A stretch of 58,508 nt of DNA, taken from positions 1 to 58,508 of the forward strand of contig JAYTOU010000050.1 in NCBI GenBank assembly GCA_043747615.1, read 5' to 3'. This document shows positions 1 through 9,519 of this stretch, piece by piece. Every line of letters begins with the position of its first letter. Within the stretch, counting starts at the first letter, position 1. Origin of the DNA: Myxococcales bacterium (GTDB taxonomy: Bacteria; Myxococcota_A; Polyangia; Polyangiales; Polyangiaceae). The notes beneath the pieces were generated by a model, which was given only the letters and a program-made list of their open reading frames with translations, searched no databases and was not told the origin of the DNA. The position numbers and the translations under genes are program-made.

Positions 1-149
1 AGTCGCCGTCGCAGTGGCTCGTGCTCGCTCGCGAAGATGCCGACGTACGCGCGCTCGAAGCGCTGGACCCGCGCTGGGCTACCTTGGCCGCGGAGGCTCG
101 CCCCGCGTGGACCGACGACTACTCGAACCTGCTTTCCGTGTGGCGGTGA
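1..149 (+). CDS. 3' end of a spermidine-synthase-like membrane protein (fused MFS/spermidine synthase family), partial
   Basis: Frame from nt 3 reads SPSQWLVLAR...ARPAWTDDYSNLLSVWR* (TGA 147-149). W-T-D-D-Y-S-N-L is the typical C-terminus of this family. Not in the ORF track. Confidence 0.7.
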   Translation, partial: SPSQWLVLAREDADVRALEALDPRWATLAAEARPAWTDDYSNLLSVWR

Positions 150-155
150 GGACCG

Positions 156-902
156 CTAGGGCCCGACGAGCTTTGCGAGCTGCGCTTGTCCGACGCGCAC
201 GGCTTGGGCGTGATTCTCGATCGGCGCCACGACCGCACCAGGGAAGGCGACATAGAGCACGTCCGGTTGGTCGACTCCACCCGTACTCGGGTTCGGGTTG
301 GCGCCGAGGTCCTTGACCGTCGCGTACGAGGCCTCGCCGATGTCGGCGCTCGGCCCGACGTCCCCGTATACCGCGTACTCTACTTTATTCTTGTAGAGTA
401 CAAGGATCACGTTTCCGAGCTTCAACCCCGCGGCGCCGAAGTCGAAGCGTGCGCTCTTGCCTGGGACGACGACGTAGGGAAGGCTCACCGCGTCGAGCGC
501 GTTGCCCATCGAGTCGTTCACCGCCGTCTGGTTTTGGTAGGCCGGGTCGGTCGTGAGGTTGCACTGAGCAGTCTGTTTGCCGTCGCAGTCGACAGCCATG
601 CCGGACCTCCAGAAGAGCGCCCCGGTGAGCTGGCAGATCGGAACCGTCGGCGTGGCCCCGGCTCTTAGCGCGTAGAGGCCGTTCGAGACCTGATTGCAGC
701 TGGTGGCAAGCGCTTCGAGCTTCGCGATCGGATCGCCTCCATCCGCGTCGGCGGCTCCCGCTTCCTTGATGGCGTCGGCAACGCTCGCGTCCGAGACCGC
801 GGCCTCGGGCCCGCTCGTTGCGTCCGTCGCGCCTTCTTCCGCTAGAGAAGACCCGCCGCAACCGAGTGCCATGATTGCCGAGAAAAAGAAAAACGCACGC
901 AT
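156..902 (-). CDS. Glycoside hydrolase family 75 (chitosanase-like) lipoprotein
   Basis: Motifs MAVDCDG, DPAYQNQT, LPYVVVP, YAVYGDVGP and IGEASY. Lipobox ALGC after ATG 902. The ORF-track extension to 1163 is probably a separate remnant. Confidence 0.8.
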   Translation of the reverse strand: MRAFFFFSAIMALGCGGSSLAEEGATDATSGPEAAVSDASVADAIKEAGAADADGGDPIAKLEALATSCNQVSNGLYALRAGATPTVPICQLTGALFWRSGMAVDCDGKQTAQCNLTTDPAYQNQTAVNDSMGNALDAVSLPYVVVPGKSARFDFGAAGLKLGNVILVLYKNKVEYAVYGDVGPSADIGEASYATVKDLGANPNPSTGGVDQPDVLYVAFPGAVVAPIENHAQAVRVGQAQLAKLVGP

Positions 903-919
903 GGCGAGCGGCTCCGTGC

Positions 920-1163
920 TCACCGGTCGTTGAAGCCGAGCGCCCGCACCCGTGCCGCGTCGTCGGCGGTGAATCCCGTGGAAAAGGATCGTCCGCCTCT
1001 GCGCATCGACCAGGGCGTTGCAATGTACACCGAGCGGCGCGCCGGAAAACTCCGGGCTCGTGCAGGCGTCTGCGTCCGCGGTTGCAGCGGCCGTCGATTT
1101 GGACGAAGCACGAGCGAGCGCGACGAGCCCGACGGCGGGGACGGCAGATGCGAGCTGAGTCAA
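920..1163 (-). pseudogene. Internally deleted remnant of a GH5 endoglycoceramidase-like glycosidase
   Basis: One frame gives GAPLGVHCNALVDAQRRTILFHG; after a frame change near 972 it reads FTADDAARVRALGFN, then stops. Both resemble N-terminal GH5 segments that are normally separated by intervening sequence. Confidence 0.5.
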
Positions 1164-1189
1164 ACCGTCATCTTACCAGCTTCCCGGGC

Positions 1190-1343
1190 CATCACGTTTT
1201 TTGGACCGACCACGGGGTGCACGGCGCCGACGTGCGATGTGCGCGCGAACAATCAGGGATGGCCTTTTGGCATCACCGTCGACGATCAAGTCATCTTCTG
1301 GGCGAATCGTGGCAGCGGCCAAGCCATGGTCGTCCGAAAGTAG
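1190..1343 (+). pseudogene. C-terminal remnant of a beta-propeller repeat protein
   Basis: NQGWPFGITVDDQVIFWANRGSGQAMVVRK* plus HVFWTD in another frame resemble the last blades of myxobacterial propeller proteins. No start codon or N-terminus. Confidence 0.4.
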
Positions 1344-1439
1344 CGGTCGCCGAAATCGTCGCTAAAAGCGCGGCAGACGTGGTAACGGAGGCGCTTCCGA
1401 ACCACCAGCTTCCCCTCCCGGGAAGAGAGAGAGACTCCC

Positions 1440-3578
1440 TTGGCCGCCCGTATCCCGCTCGACCGCATCCGTAACATCGGCATCTCGGCGCACATCGACT
1501 CCGGTAAGACGACGCTCACCGAGCGCATTTTGTTCTACACGGGGCGGATTCACAAAATCCACGAGGTGCGCGGCAAGGACGGCGTCGGCGCCAAGATGGA
1601 CTCGATGGATCTCGAGCGTGAGAAGGGCATCACGATCCAGTCGGCTGCGACCTACTGCGTGTGGGAAGGCTCGCAGGCGCAGTTCGCGGACAAGCCCATC
1701 AACGTCAATATCATCGACACGCCCGGCCACGTGGACTTCACCATCGAGGTGGAGCGTGCGCTCCGCGTGCTAGACGGCGCGATCCTGGTGCTCGACTCGG
1801 GCAAGGGCGTTCAGAGCCAGTCGATCACCGTCGACCGGCAGATGAAGCGCTACCACGTGCCGCGCATCGCCTTCGTCAACAAGATGGATAACCCCGGCGC
1901 CAACTACGAGCGCGTCGCGGCCATGCTGAAAGAGAAGCTCGGCCACCATCCGGTCAGGATCCAGCTCCCGATGGGCGCGGAGTCTACCTTCGCGGGAATC
2001 ATCGACCCGATCATCAGCAAAGCTTTCTTCTTCGAAGGCGCCGACGGGGAAATCGTTCGCGAAGCCGAAGTCCCCGAGGAGTACAAGGAGGCCTGCGCCG
2101 CGGCCCGCGAGAAAATGATCCACGACGTCGCCGACGTCGACGACGAGCTCGCCGAAAAATTCATCAACGAGGAGCCCATCTCGGTGGACGAGCTCCGCGC
2201 GGCGATTCGTCGCGCCACGTTGGCACTCAAGATGACCCCCGTGATGTGCGGCTCGGCGATCAAGAACAAGGGCGTTCAGCTCCTGCTCGACGGCGTCGTG
2301 CACTACCTACCGCGCCCCACCGAAGTCCTCAACGAGGCGCACGATCAGGCCAACGCCGAAGCAAAAGTCACGGTCGAGTCTGATCCGACCAAGCCGTTCG
2401 TGGGCTTGGCCTTCAAGCTTCAGCAAGACAAATACGGACAGCTCACGTACTTCCGCGTCTACCAGGGGACGATCGCGGCCGGCGATACCATCTACAACGT
2501 GAGCAACGAGATGCGGAAGGTCCGCGTCCCCCGCATGTTCCGCATGCACTCCGAGGATCGCGAGGAGATTCCGTCGGCCGAAGCCGGTGACATCGTCGCG
2601 TTCTACGGCGTCGAGGCCAGCTCCGGCGAAACGTTCACGGACGGCAAGGTCAACTGGACGCTCACGTCGATGCACGTGCCCGCGGCCGTCATCTCGCTCG
2701 CAGTCGCGCCGAAAGACCGCGCAGCGGAAACGAGCTTCTCCAAGGCTCTCAACCGCTTCACGAAGGAAGACCCGACCTTCCGCGTGCACCAGGACGAAGA
2801 GTCGCAGCAGACGATCATCAGCGGCATGGGTGAGCTCCACCTCGACATTTACATGGAGCGCATGCGCCGCGAGTACAACTGCGACGTCGTCGCGGGCAAA
2901 CCGCAAGTCGCTTACCGCGAGTCGATCACCCGCAAGGCCGAGATCAACTACACGCACAAGAAGCAGACCGGCGGCTCCGGTCAGTACGCCAAGATCATGG
3001 GCTTCATCGAGCCGCTGCCCGCCGACGCCGTCGAAGCCTACGAGTTCCTCGACGACGTCACCGGCGGCTCCATCCCCCGCGAGTTCATCTCGGCGTGCGA
3101 CAAGGGCTTCAAGGAAGGTGTCCGCAAGGGCACCTTGATTGGCTTCCCGATCGTAGGCATCCGATGCGCAGTCAACGACGGCGCGTCTCACGCCGTCGAC
3201 TCATCCGAAATGGCGTTTAAGACCGCCGCGCTGATGGGCTTCCGCGAAGCCTACGCCAAGGCAAGTCCGACGATCCTGGAGCCGATCATGAAGGTCGAGA
3301 TCGACGTTCCCACGGAGTTCCAGGGGTCCGTCGTCGGCCAAGTCAACCAACGGCGCGGCGTGATTCTCGAGACCGTCGGCGGCGACAGCGTCAGCGTCAC
3401 CTGCGAAGTGCCGCTCAACGCCATGTTCGGGTACTCCACCGACTTGCGCTCGGCGACACAGGGCAAAGGCACCTTCACGATGGAGTTTGCCAGGTACGCC
3501 GTCGTCCCCAAGCAGGAGCAAGAAGAGATGACGAAGAAGTACCGCGAGAAGCTCGCCGCCGAAGCGAAGCTCAAGTAG
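1440..3578 (+). CDS. fusA: Elongation factor G, stand-alone copy
   Basis: [64 protein letters not shown]; 712 aa; TTG start. Confidence 0.97.
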   Translation: MAARIPLDRIRNIGISAHIDSGKTTLTERILFYTGRIHKIHEVRGKDGVGAKMDSMDLEREKGITIQSAATYCVWEGSQAQFADKPINVNIIDTPGHVDFTIEVERALRVLDGAILVLDSGKGVQSQSITVDRQMKRYHVPRIAFVNKMDNPGANYERVAAMLKEKLGHHPVRIQLPMGAESTFAGIIDPIISKAFFFEGADGEIVREAEVPEEYKEACAAAREKMIHDVADVDDELAEKFINEEPISVDELRAAIRRATLALKMTPVMCGSAIKNKGVQLLLDGVVHYLPRPTEVLNEAHDQANAEAKVTVESDPTKPFVGLAFKLQQDKYGQLTYFRVYQGTIAAGDTIYNVSNEMRKVRVPRMFRMHSEDREEIPSAEAGDIVAFYGVEASSGETFTDGKVNWTLTSMHVPAAVISLAVAPKDRAAETSFSKALNRFTKEDPTFRVHQDEESQQTIISGMGELHLDIYMERMRREYNCDVVAGKPQVAYRESITRKAEINYTHKKQTGGSGQYAKIMGFIEPLPADAVEAYEFLDDVTGGSIPREFISACDKGFKEGVRKGTLIGFPIVGIRCAVNDGASHAVDSSEMAFKTAALMGFREAYAKASPTILEPIMKVEIDVPTEFQGSVVGQVNQRRGVILETVGGDSVSVTCEVPLNAMFGYSTDLRSATQGKGTFTMEFARYAVVPKQEQEEMTKKYREKLAAEAKLK

Positions 3579-3612
3579 CACACGCGGTCCAACCGCTAAT
3601 GCAGGTCGACGT

Positions 3613-3646
3613 AGCCCCCGGCTTTGGCCCGGGGGCTTTGTCGTTT
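3613..3646 (+). terminator. Rho-independent terminator after fusA
   Basis: AGCCCCCGG-N7-CCGGGGGCT stem followed by TTGTCGTTT, between convergent genes. Confidence 0.75.
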
Positions 3647-3651
3647 CTAGA

Positions 3652-5331
3652 CTAGAGCGGGTAGTGGCACGTGCCGCTGATGCACGGCACGCCGTTGCAG
3701 CAGTTTCCAGAAACGGTGCAGGTCTGGCCATAGAGCGCGCACACGGGGGGAGGCGTGCCGCTGTCCACTGGAGCCCCGTCGGGCAAGCTGCCCGCGTCGA
3801 TGATGCCGCCGTCGAACGAAGTGCCGGGCGGGTTCGCGCAGACCCCGTTCGTCGACCCAATGGGAAGCACGCAGGGTGATCCGGTGCAGCAGTCGGCGTT
3901 CGACGTGCAAGCCCCTGAAACGGGGACGCACGCGGTGGCGCCGCAGCGCAGAGGCGCGCCGCCGTCGGTCACGCCCGTCGGAACGCAGGGCAGGCCGCAG
4001 CAATCGATGCTCGTCGAACAGACCGTGCCGGACCTCGGCACGCCCGCGTCGCACTGGGGCGAAGTGCTGCCCAGGCCGCATCGCGGGATTCCGAGGGCGT
4101 CTTGGAGGCAGGACGGGGGATCCGCGACGGTCGACGTGCCCGAGCAACAATCGGCCCGAGCGTTGCACGAGACCGTCGCCAACCGACAGATGTCGCCGTT
4201 GCTTGCGCAGCCGCCGGCTTTCTTGCAGCGCCCCACGGGGGATCCGCCCACGCCTAGCCCGGAGCAAAAGGCGTCCGTGCCGGTTGATCCGCCCCGGTCG
4301 GCAGCGGAGCCGCAGCAATCGGAGTCCGCTCGGCAAAGCTCGTCCGGCGGGTGGCACCCATCCGGCGGCTGGCAAATATCGACCCCCGTCGCGAGGAACG
4401 GGGCGCAGGCGCGGCTGCAGCAACTTCCGCCGCACGCGGGAACACCGCCGTCCGACACCCCGGCGTCTGCGCCGGCGCCGCACACCAATCCGGCGATCGT
4501 GCACCCTCCGGTTCCTGACGCGGCGCTCGGGACGGTGCAGAGCCCGATGGTCGCCAAACCGACCTTCGTGCAGAGCCCTCCGCAGCAATCGTTATTGGCG
4601 CCGCAGCTGTCGCCCGTTTGCCCGCAGTACGACGGCGCACTACAGACGCCCGCGTTGCAGAACGCCCCGCAGCACTCGTTGTTCGTCGCGCACGTGTTAC
4701 CCAAGCTCTTGCACGTGGTGGTCAGCGGAGCACATGTGCTGCCCGTGCCGCCGTCGGTGACGGGAGAGCAGACGCCGCCGCAGCACTGGGCGCCGGTCGT
4801 GCAAGCCTGGTTGTCCGATGTGCAGAGCTTCGCCCCGCAGGTGCCGCCGCTGCAGACGCGCGAGCAGCAGTCGCCGGGCAAGGTGCAGACGTCGTTCGGC
4901 GCACCGCACGAGATGGCGGGTGCCGCGCACTTGCCGGAAGCTGTGTCGCAGTTGACCGAACAGCAGGTGGCGCTCGTCGAGCACGTCGCGCCGATCGCGG
5001 AGCACGTCACCGCACCGTCACCTCCGTCCGCCGCGCCATCGCCCGTCGACGTGTCGGTCAAGGTTCCGTCGCCGATGGTCCCGTCGCCCATGGACGCGTC
5101 GGTCAGCGTGGTGTCGCCCATCGACGTGTCTTGCGAGCCGTCGGGGATGGTCCCGTCGAGAGGAATGCCGGTGTCGAGTGGGTTTCCCTGCTCGTCCATT
5201 CCGCCGTCGTCGGTGACGTAATCGTTGCCGCCGCACGCGACGGGCGACTGGGCGATCACTGCGCTGCCGAGCGCGCATATTGCGAATCGCAAGACACGCA
5301 CCGAAAACAAGTTCTTCGTCGGAAGCTTCAT
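3652..5331 (-). CDS. Cysteine-rich repeat lipoprotein of unknown function
   Basis: Signal peptide ending PVAC-GG, a D/T/G-rich linker, then many C-x5-C-x5-CC-x3-C-x4-C-like modules. Codon usage fits this strand. Confidence 0.85.
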   Translation of the reverse strand: MKLPTKNLFSVRVLRFAICALGSAVIAQSPVACGGNDYVTDDGGMDEQGNPLDTGIPLDGTIPDGSQDTSMGDTTLTDASMGDGTIGDGTLTDTSTGDGAADGGDGAVTCSAIGATCSTSATCCSVNCDTASGKCAAPAISCGAPNDVCTLPGDCCSRVCSGGTCGAKLCTSDNQACTTGAQCCGGVCSPVTDGGTGSTCAPLTTTCKSLGNTCATNNECCGAFCNAGVCSAPSYCGQTGDSCGANNDCCGGLCTKVGLATIGLCTVPSAASGTGGCTIAGLVCGAGADAGVSDGGVPACGGSCCSRACAPFLATGVDICQPPDGCHPPDELCRADSDCCGSAADRGGSTGTDAFCSGLGVGGSPVGRCKKAGGCASNGDICRLATVSCNARADCCSGTSTVADPPSCLQDALGIPRCGLGSTSPQCDAGVPRSGTVCSTSIDCCGLPCVPTGVTDGGAPLRCGATACVPVSGACTSNADCCTGSPCVLPIGSTNGVCANPPGTSFDGGIIDAGSLPDGAPVDSGTPPPVCALYGQTCTVSGNCCNGVPCISGTCHYPL

Positions 5332-5379
5332 GATGGGAAATCCTTCGTCTTGGTTGAGCGCGGCAACCGTGCTCGATCG

Positions 5380-6915
5380 TTACTTGGGGGGTGGCTGCGG
5401 CGCCGTCTGGTCGTTCTGAATGCAAGATGAGAGATCGAACAGCATGAACTCGAGAGCCTTTTCCTGGGGCGAGAGGTCCGTCGTGTGACACCCGCTCGGA
5501 AAGGGCTGGCCGGGAACGTCGCTCGTACCGGCCACTACGCTCCCCGATACATGGAGATCGCTGTAGACCACGCGGCCGCATTTCTGGTCGTCCGGCACCT
5601 GGATAGGCGTGTTGAAGGTCATGTACTGCATCGAGTCGAGTGGCGCTGGGAAGTTCTGGGCCGACAGCCAGCGCTGCGCCCCGGCATCCGTCGCCCCCGA
5701 GTTCACGGAAGTGATCGTGGTCTTGGCCTGCTCGATGTGAACGTAGCCCGGGACAGGCGAGGCTCCGACGTTGACCAACCACTCGGAGAGCGCCTGCCCT
5801 TTCGGGAACGAGGTGTCGACGCTCGCGTCCGTATCCGAATTGGCGGTGGTGATCAGGCCGACGGTCCCGTAGCAGCTCACGTCACCAGGTGTGCAATCGT
5901 TGATCAGCCAGTGCCCCGTGCTCGGGAACGGCGCCGGTCCCTTCGCAAACCAGTAGTCGTGATAGTGCGATGCGAACACGCGCCCACCGTTCGTCGTGTA
6001 CTGGAACATGGCATCGAGCGCGGCTTGCGGTTTGGTATTTGAATTGCGCGTGTAGTTGCCCTCGCAGGCCATGAGCACGATGTCGTAATTTTTGAGCCTG
6101 CTGTAGTCGCTCCACACCGTCTCGGCGGGCGTGAACGCACCACCGTCGGTAAATTGGCTCGATCCGTTGATGGTGCCAGCGTCCGTACCCGCGTCCGTGT
6201 ACGTGCCATGGCCGTAGCCGCCGTAGAGGTTGATCCGGCCGCCGCCGTTCTCGGTCGTGAACTCCGAGTCATCGACTCCGATTTTCCGAAGGAGGCACTC
6301 GAGTGGATCTGCACCGCCGGTGGTGAGCGCGATCTTAGGGATGTTTCCTTCCGACTGATTTTTCGGAAGCCGCGTCAGCGTGACGTCCACGGGCGTGTCC
6401 GCGCAGGCCGTCACGCTGGGAATATGGACTTCGCGGCGCCACTTTCCGATCTGGACGACGAGGGGAATGTTGGCTCCGTGCGGCACGTTCTTCAGAGTGA
6501 AGCGACCGTGCGCGTCGGTGATCGCCGTCACCAGTGGGCTGCCCGACACCACGGCGCCGCATTTATCGCACGAAGCGCCCGTGGAAATGGGCGCGAGAGC
6601 GCCGCCGTTGCTGTTCGGAACGTAGACAACCGCGTTGTAAAGCGGCACCTTGCCCGCCGGATCGTAAACCGTGCCCGTGAGGTTCGTAGTCACGCCCGCG
6701 GCGCACGTGTCCTGGGCGCATTGAAGATTTATGCACCCCCTCGCGTCGCCGATGCCCGCCTCGTCGAAGGTGACGTTCTCGTCGCCGCCGCCGTCAGAGC
6801 CAGCGTCGAAGGTGCTGTCATCCTTGTTTCCGCAGCCCTCCGCCCAGAACAAAAAGGATCCGGAGGTGGCAAGCACGCTCGCAAAAGCAATTCCCGCAGC
6901 ACGACTCCGGATCAT
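5380..6915 (-). CDS. Secreted lipoprotein with a carboxypeptidase-regulatory-like (transthyretin-like) domain and a conserved myxobacterial C-terminal domain
   Basis: Lipobox AEGC; TGTVYDPAG..PLYNAVVYVP; GRFTL..VP.G..IPLVVQIGKWRR; ECLLRKIG; LSPQEKALEFMLFDLSSC. Confidence 0.8.
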   Translation of the reverse strand: MIRSRAAGIAFASVLATSGSFLFWAEGCGNKDDSTFDAGSDGGGDENVTFDEAGIGDARGCINLQCAQDTCAAGVTTNLTGTVYDPAGKVPLYNAVVYVPNSNGGALAPISTGASCDKCGAVVSGSPLVTAITDAHGRFTLKNVPHGANIPLVVQIGKWRREVHIPSVTACADTPVDVTLTRLPKNQSEGNIPKIALTTGGADPLECLLRKIGVDDSEFTTENGGGRINLYGGYGHGTYTDAGTDAGTINGSSQFTDGGAFTPAETVWSDYSRLKNYDIVLMACEGNYTRNSNTKPQAALDAMFQYTTNGGRVFASHYHDYWFAKGPAPFPSTGHWLINDCTPGDVSCYGTVGLITTANSDTDASVDTSFPKGQALSEWLVNVGASPVPGYVHIEQAKTTITSVNSGATDAGAQRWLSAQNFPAPLDSMQYMTFNTPIQVPDDQKCGRVVYSDLHVSGSVVAGTSDVPGQPFPSGCHTTDLSPQEKALEFMLFDLSSCIQNDQTAPQPPPK

Positions 6916-7059
6916 TCAACTACCTCGGTTTTCGGTGAGCCAAGACGTTCGATGAGTATGGCCCGTTCGAACCTAATCGATCGATGATTATGCGTTACGC
7001 CCGCTGTTTTCTCGTACTTCGCGCGCGTCTCTCGCACCGGTCAACGCTGTGACCAGTAC

Positions 7060-8790
7060 CTACTTCGTTGCGGAATCCTCGATGTGAAACTCGACGCGAC
7101 GGTTGCTAGCGCGACCGGCATCCGTCTTGTTGTCTTCGAGGGGCTTCTCACTTCCGAAGCCCTCGCTGCTCAGTCGGCCTTTGTCGACACCGGCTTTGGT
7201 GAGGGCCTTGGCGACCGACGCCGCGCGTCGCGTGCTGAGATCCTTGTTGAACGCGGGCTTTCCAACGTTGTCGGTGTGCCCCTCTACGCGCAGGTGCTTG
7301 ATCTCGGGGTGCTCCTTCAGTGCCTTCGCCACGGCATCGATGACCGACTGGCTGACCTTCAGGATCTCCGCACTCCCCGTCTTGAACTTGATCTGATCGA
7401 GAATCTTCACCTCGCCGGCTTCGATTCGCACTGCCGGGCAGCCGTTCTTTTTCGGATCAGGGTCTTTCGGTCCAGCCGCTTCGGGACATGCATCTTCGGT
7501 ATCGACGATTCCATCCTTGTCACGATCGGACGGACAGCCATTCGTTTTCGGATCGTCGGTTTTGACGCCCGCGACGTCGGGGCATGCGTCGTCCTTGTCG
7601 GCCACGCCGTCCTTGTCGCGGTCCGGAGGGCAGCCGTTCGTAGCGGGATCCTCGGTCTTCACGCCCGCGACGTCGGGGCATGCGTCGTCTTTGTCGGCGA
7701 TGCGGTCCTTGTCGCGGTCGCTTGCCACGGGGCAGCCGTTCGTCTTCGGATCGTCGGTCTTCACGCCAGCCACGTCGGGACATGCGTCGGCGGCATCGAG
7801 CACGCCGTCGCTGTCACGATCGGCCGGGGGCGGAGGCGCGGAGATGGGCGCCGGTGCTTCCTTGACGATCGCCGGAATCCAATCGATCGAGGCGAGGACG
7901 CGAAACGCGGGGGTGCCCGCGGCGCTCGACAGTCCAGGGCCTGCGCCGAGGCCGAAACGAAAATCGCCCGCGGTGTAGTGCCCGCCGAGGAGCAGGGCGA
8001 GGGGAGTGGTGCGACTCCCGAAGACCGCGTCTCCGTTCGACACCACGGTGCCGCCGAAGATTTCAGGACCGATGACCAGCTTCTTGTCGGCCACGCGCAC
8101 GCCAGCGGCGGCGCTGAAATCGAACTCCGTACCGGTGGGATGCCCATTGAAGGCTTGATCGTTCGCGCGATAAATCACGCCGAGCCTTGCGGCGTAGACG
8201 AACGAGCCGATGTCGCCCGCGACCGCGACGTGCGGACCGACGCGCGCTTGCCCGTCGCCCGCGTACTGCGTGTCGGATCCCGTGGGCACCCACACGCGAG
8301 CGCCGAGCGCGACGGTGAATGGATCGCCGTACTCACCGAGGAGCCGGAGGTCGACGCCAATACGAAGGTCACCCACCGCCGCCTTGCTCGGCGCGACGTA
8401 GCGCTTTCCGCCGATGGTCTTGCTGTCGCCGGCTTGGACGAGCGCGAGCGGCAGGCTGAGCGCGAGGCGAAGGCGATCGAAGAGGATGAGGCCGCCACCG
8501 ACGTGAACGTAGAGCTGATCGGAGATGACGGTGGTGTTCTCGGACCCGTCGCTGTTGAGGAGGACGTACGGCTTGTGCCCGTAGTCGATCACCATCCCGA
8601 AAGAGGGGCGCACCTTGCCGCGCAGATCGAGCGACTCGCTCGCGAACCACTCGCTTCCGCGCTCCGCGGGCTCGTAGCGATTCAGCGCAGCGCCTGGGGT
8701 GGCAAGCTGCTGGGCGTTCGCCGTGGCACTCAACAAGAAAGCGACGGATGCACCTGCGAGAGCCGCAGGAACCTTCAAGGTTCTATTCAT
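7060..8790 (-). CDS. OmpA-family outer-membrane protein: N-terminal beta-barrel, 4 thrombospondin type-3 repeats, C-terminal OmpA domain (TraB-like architecture)
   Basis: Signal peptide MNRTLK...ANA-Q; amphipathic strands; 4 x DRDxDGxxDxxDACP..NGCP; VEGHTDNVG...LSTRRA...NRRVEF. Confidence 0.9.
   Translation of the reverse strand: MNRTLKVPAALAGASVAFLLSATANAQQLATPGAALNRYEPAERGSEWFASESLDLRGKVRPSFGMVIDYGHKPYVLLNSDGSENTTVISDQLYVHVGGGLILFDRLRLALSLPLALVQAGDSKTIGGKRYVAPSKAAVGDLRIGVDLRLLGEYGDPFTVALGARVWVPTGSDTQYAGDGQARVGPHVAVAGDIGSFVYAARLGVIYRANDQAFNGHPTGTEFDFSAAAGVRVADKKLVIGPEIFGGTVVSNGDAVFGSRTTPLALLLGGHYTAGDFRFGLGAGPGLSSAAGTPAFRVLASIDWIPAIVKEAPAPISAPPPPADRDSDGVLDAADACPDVAGVKTDDPKTNGCPVASDRDKDRIADKDDACPDVAGVKTEDPATNGCPPDRDKDGVADKDDACPDVAGVKTDDPKTNGCPSDRDKDGIVDTEDACPEAAGPKDPDPKKNGCPAVRIEAGEVKILDQIKFKTGSAEILKVSQSVIDAVAKALKEHPEIKHLRVEGHTDNVGKPAFNKDLSTRRAASVAKALTKAGVDKGRLSSEGFGSEKPLEDNKTDAGRASNRRVEFHIEDSATK
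7435..7822 (-). repeat. Four coding thrombospondin type-3-like (Ca-binding) repeats
   Basis: DRDKDGVADKDDACPDVAGVKTDDPKTNGCP-type unit repeated four times. Confidence 0.85.
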
Positions 8791-9182
8791 CACGTGGGGA
8801 GCTCCAGTGCTGGAACAAGTGCGCAATTGAAGAAGTGATACTCGGCTTATCGCACTTCGAATTCGACAGTTACTTTTTCTCGACGCACGATTTGTCGCAC
8901 TGGCAAGTAGAGTGACCATGAGCGCGGGATGGACGACCCGGGTCGACACGCATAGCTTGGCGCGGGTGAGATTTATTTTCCCCCCGGCGAACCTGAAGAC
9001 ATGCGTCTCCTCGCGCCAACCCCGCCGCCGCGCTCCCTCTTTTCGGTGGGACGCGGCGAACGTGGTTCGATGTCGATCTCTACCTCGCGCTGGTTGCATC
9101 CGCCGACTCATGTACCGGCACTTGCGCACGTCGCGGATCGCCCCGTGGTGGGGACACGCCGGCACTCTTCTCGAGATGACCG

Positions 9183-9365
9183 TACGTCACCACGACCGCG
9201 GATCTCGAGCGCTACAACCCGAACTACGTTGGCGGCGCGATCACGGGCGGCGCCGCAGATCTCCTGCAGCTCTTCACGCGCCCTGTCGTGCGCCTCAATC
9301 CCTACACGACTCCGAATCCACGCGTGCTGATCTGCTCGGCGTCCACGCCACCGGGCGGCGGAGAC
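9183..9365 (+). pseudogene. C-terminal remnant of a phytoene-desaturase-like NAD(P)/FAD oxidoreductase
   Basis: TADLERYNPNYVGGAITGGAADLLQLFTRPVVRLNPYTTPNPRVLICSASTPPGGG. An in-frame TGA lies just upstream (9177-9179), and similarity stops before the expected VHGM-x-G. Confidence 0.75.
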
Positions 9366-9490
9366 ACGGGCGTCGCACACAAAACCCAGCCTCTCACGAG
9401 AAACGTGGCGAATGTGCGGCGGGCGAGGCGGTTTGCACCGGCTGAGAGCCGCGCGTTCAACGAACGTCGACGTTTCTCGACGGAGATCGA

Positions 9491-9506
9491 CGGCGCGCTT
9501 GGTGCA
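9491..9506 (+). promoter_or_regulatory. Candidate sigma54 promoter of the ice-binding protein gene
   Basis: CGGCGCGCTTGGTGCA matches GG-N10-GC and ends 13 nt before ATG 9520. Chance matches are common in GC-rich DNA. Confidence 0.3.
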
Positions 9507-9519
9507 ACTCAGCCATTCC

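Noticed and set aside
3755..5221. 488-aa plus-strand ORF
   Set aside because: Antisense shadow of the Cys-rich lipoprotein, typical of high-GC DNA. The same applies to 7084-8838, 36129-39092 and 49532-50764.
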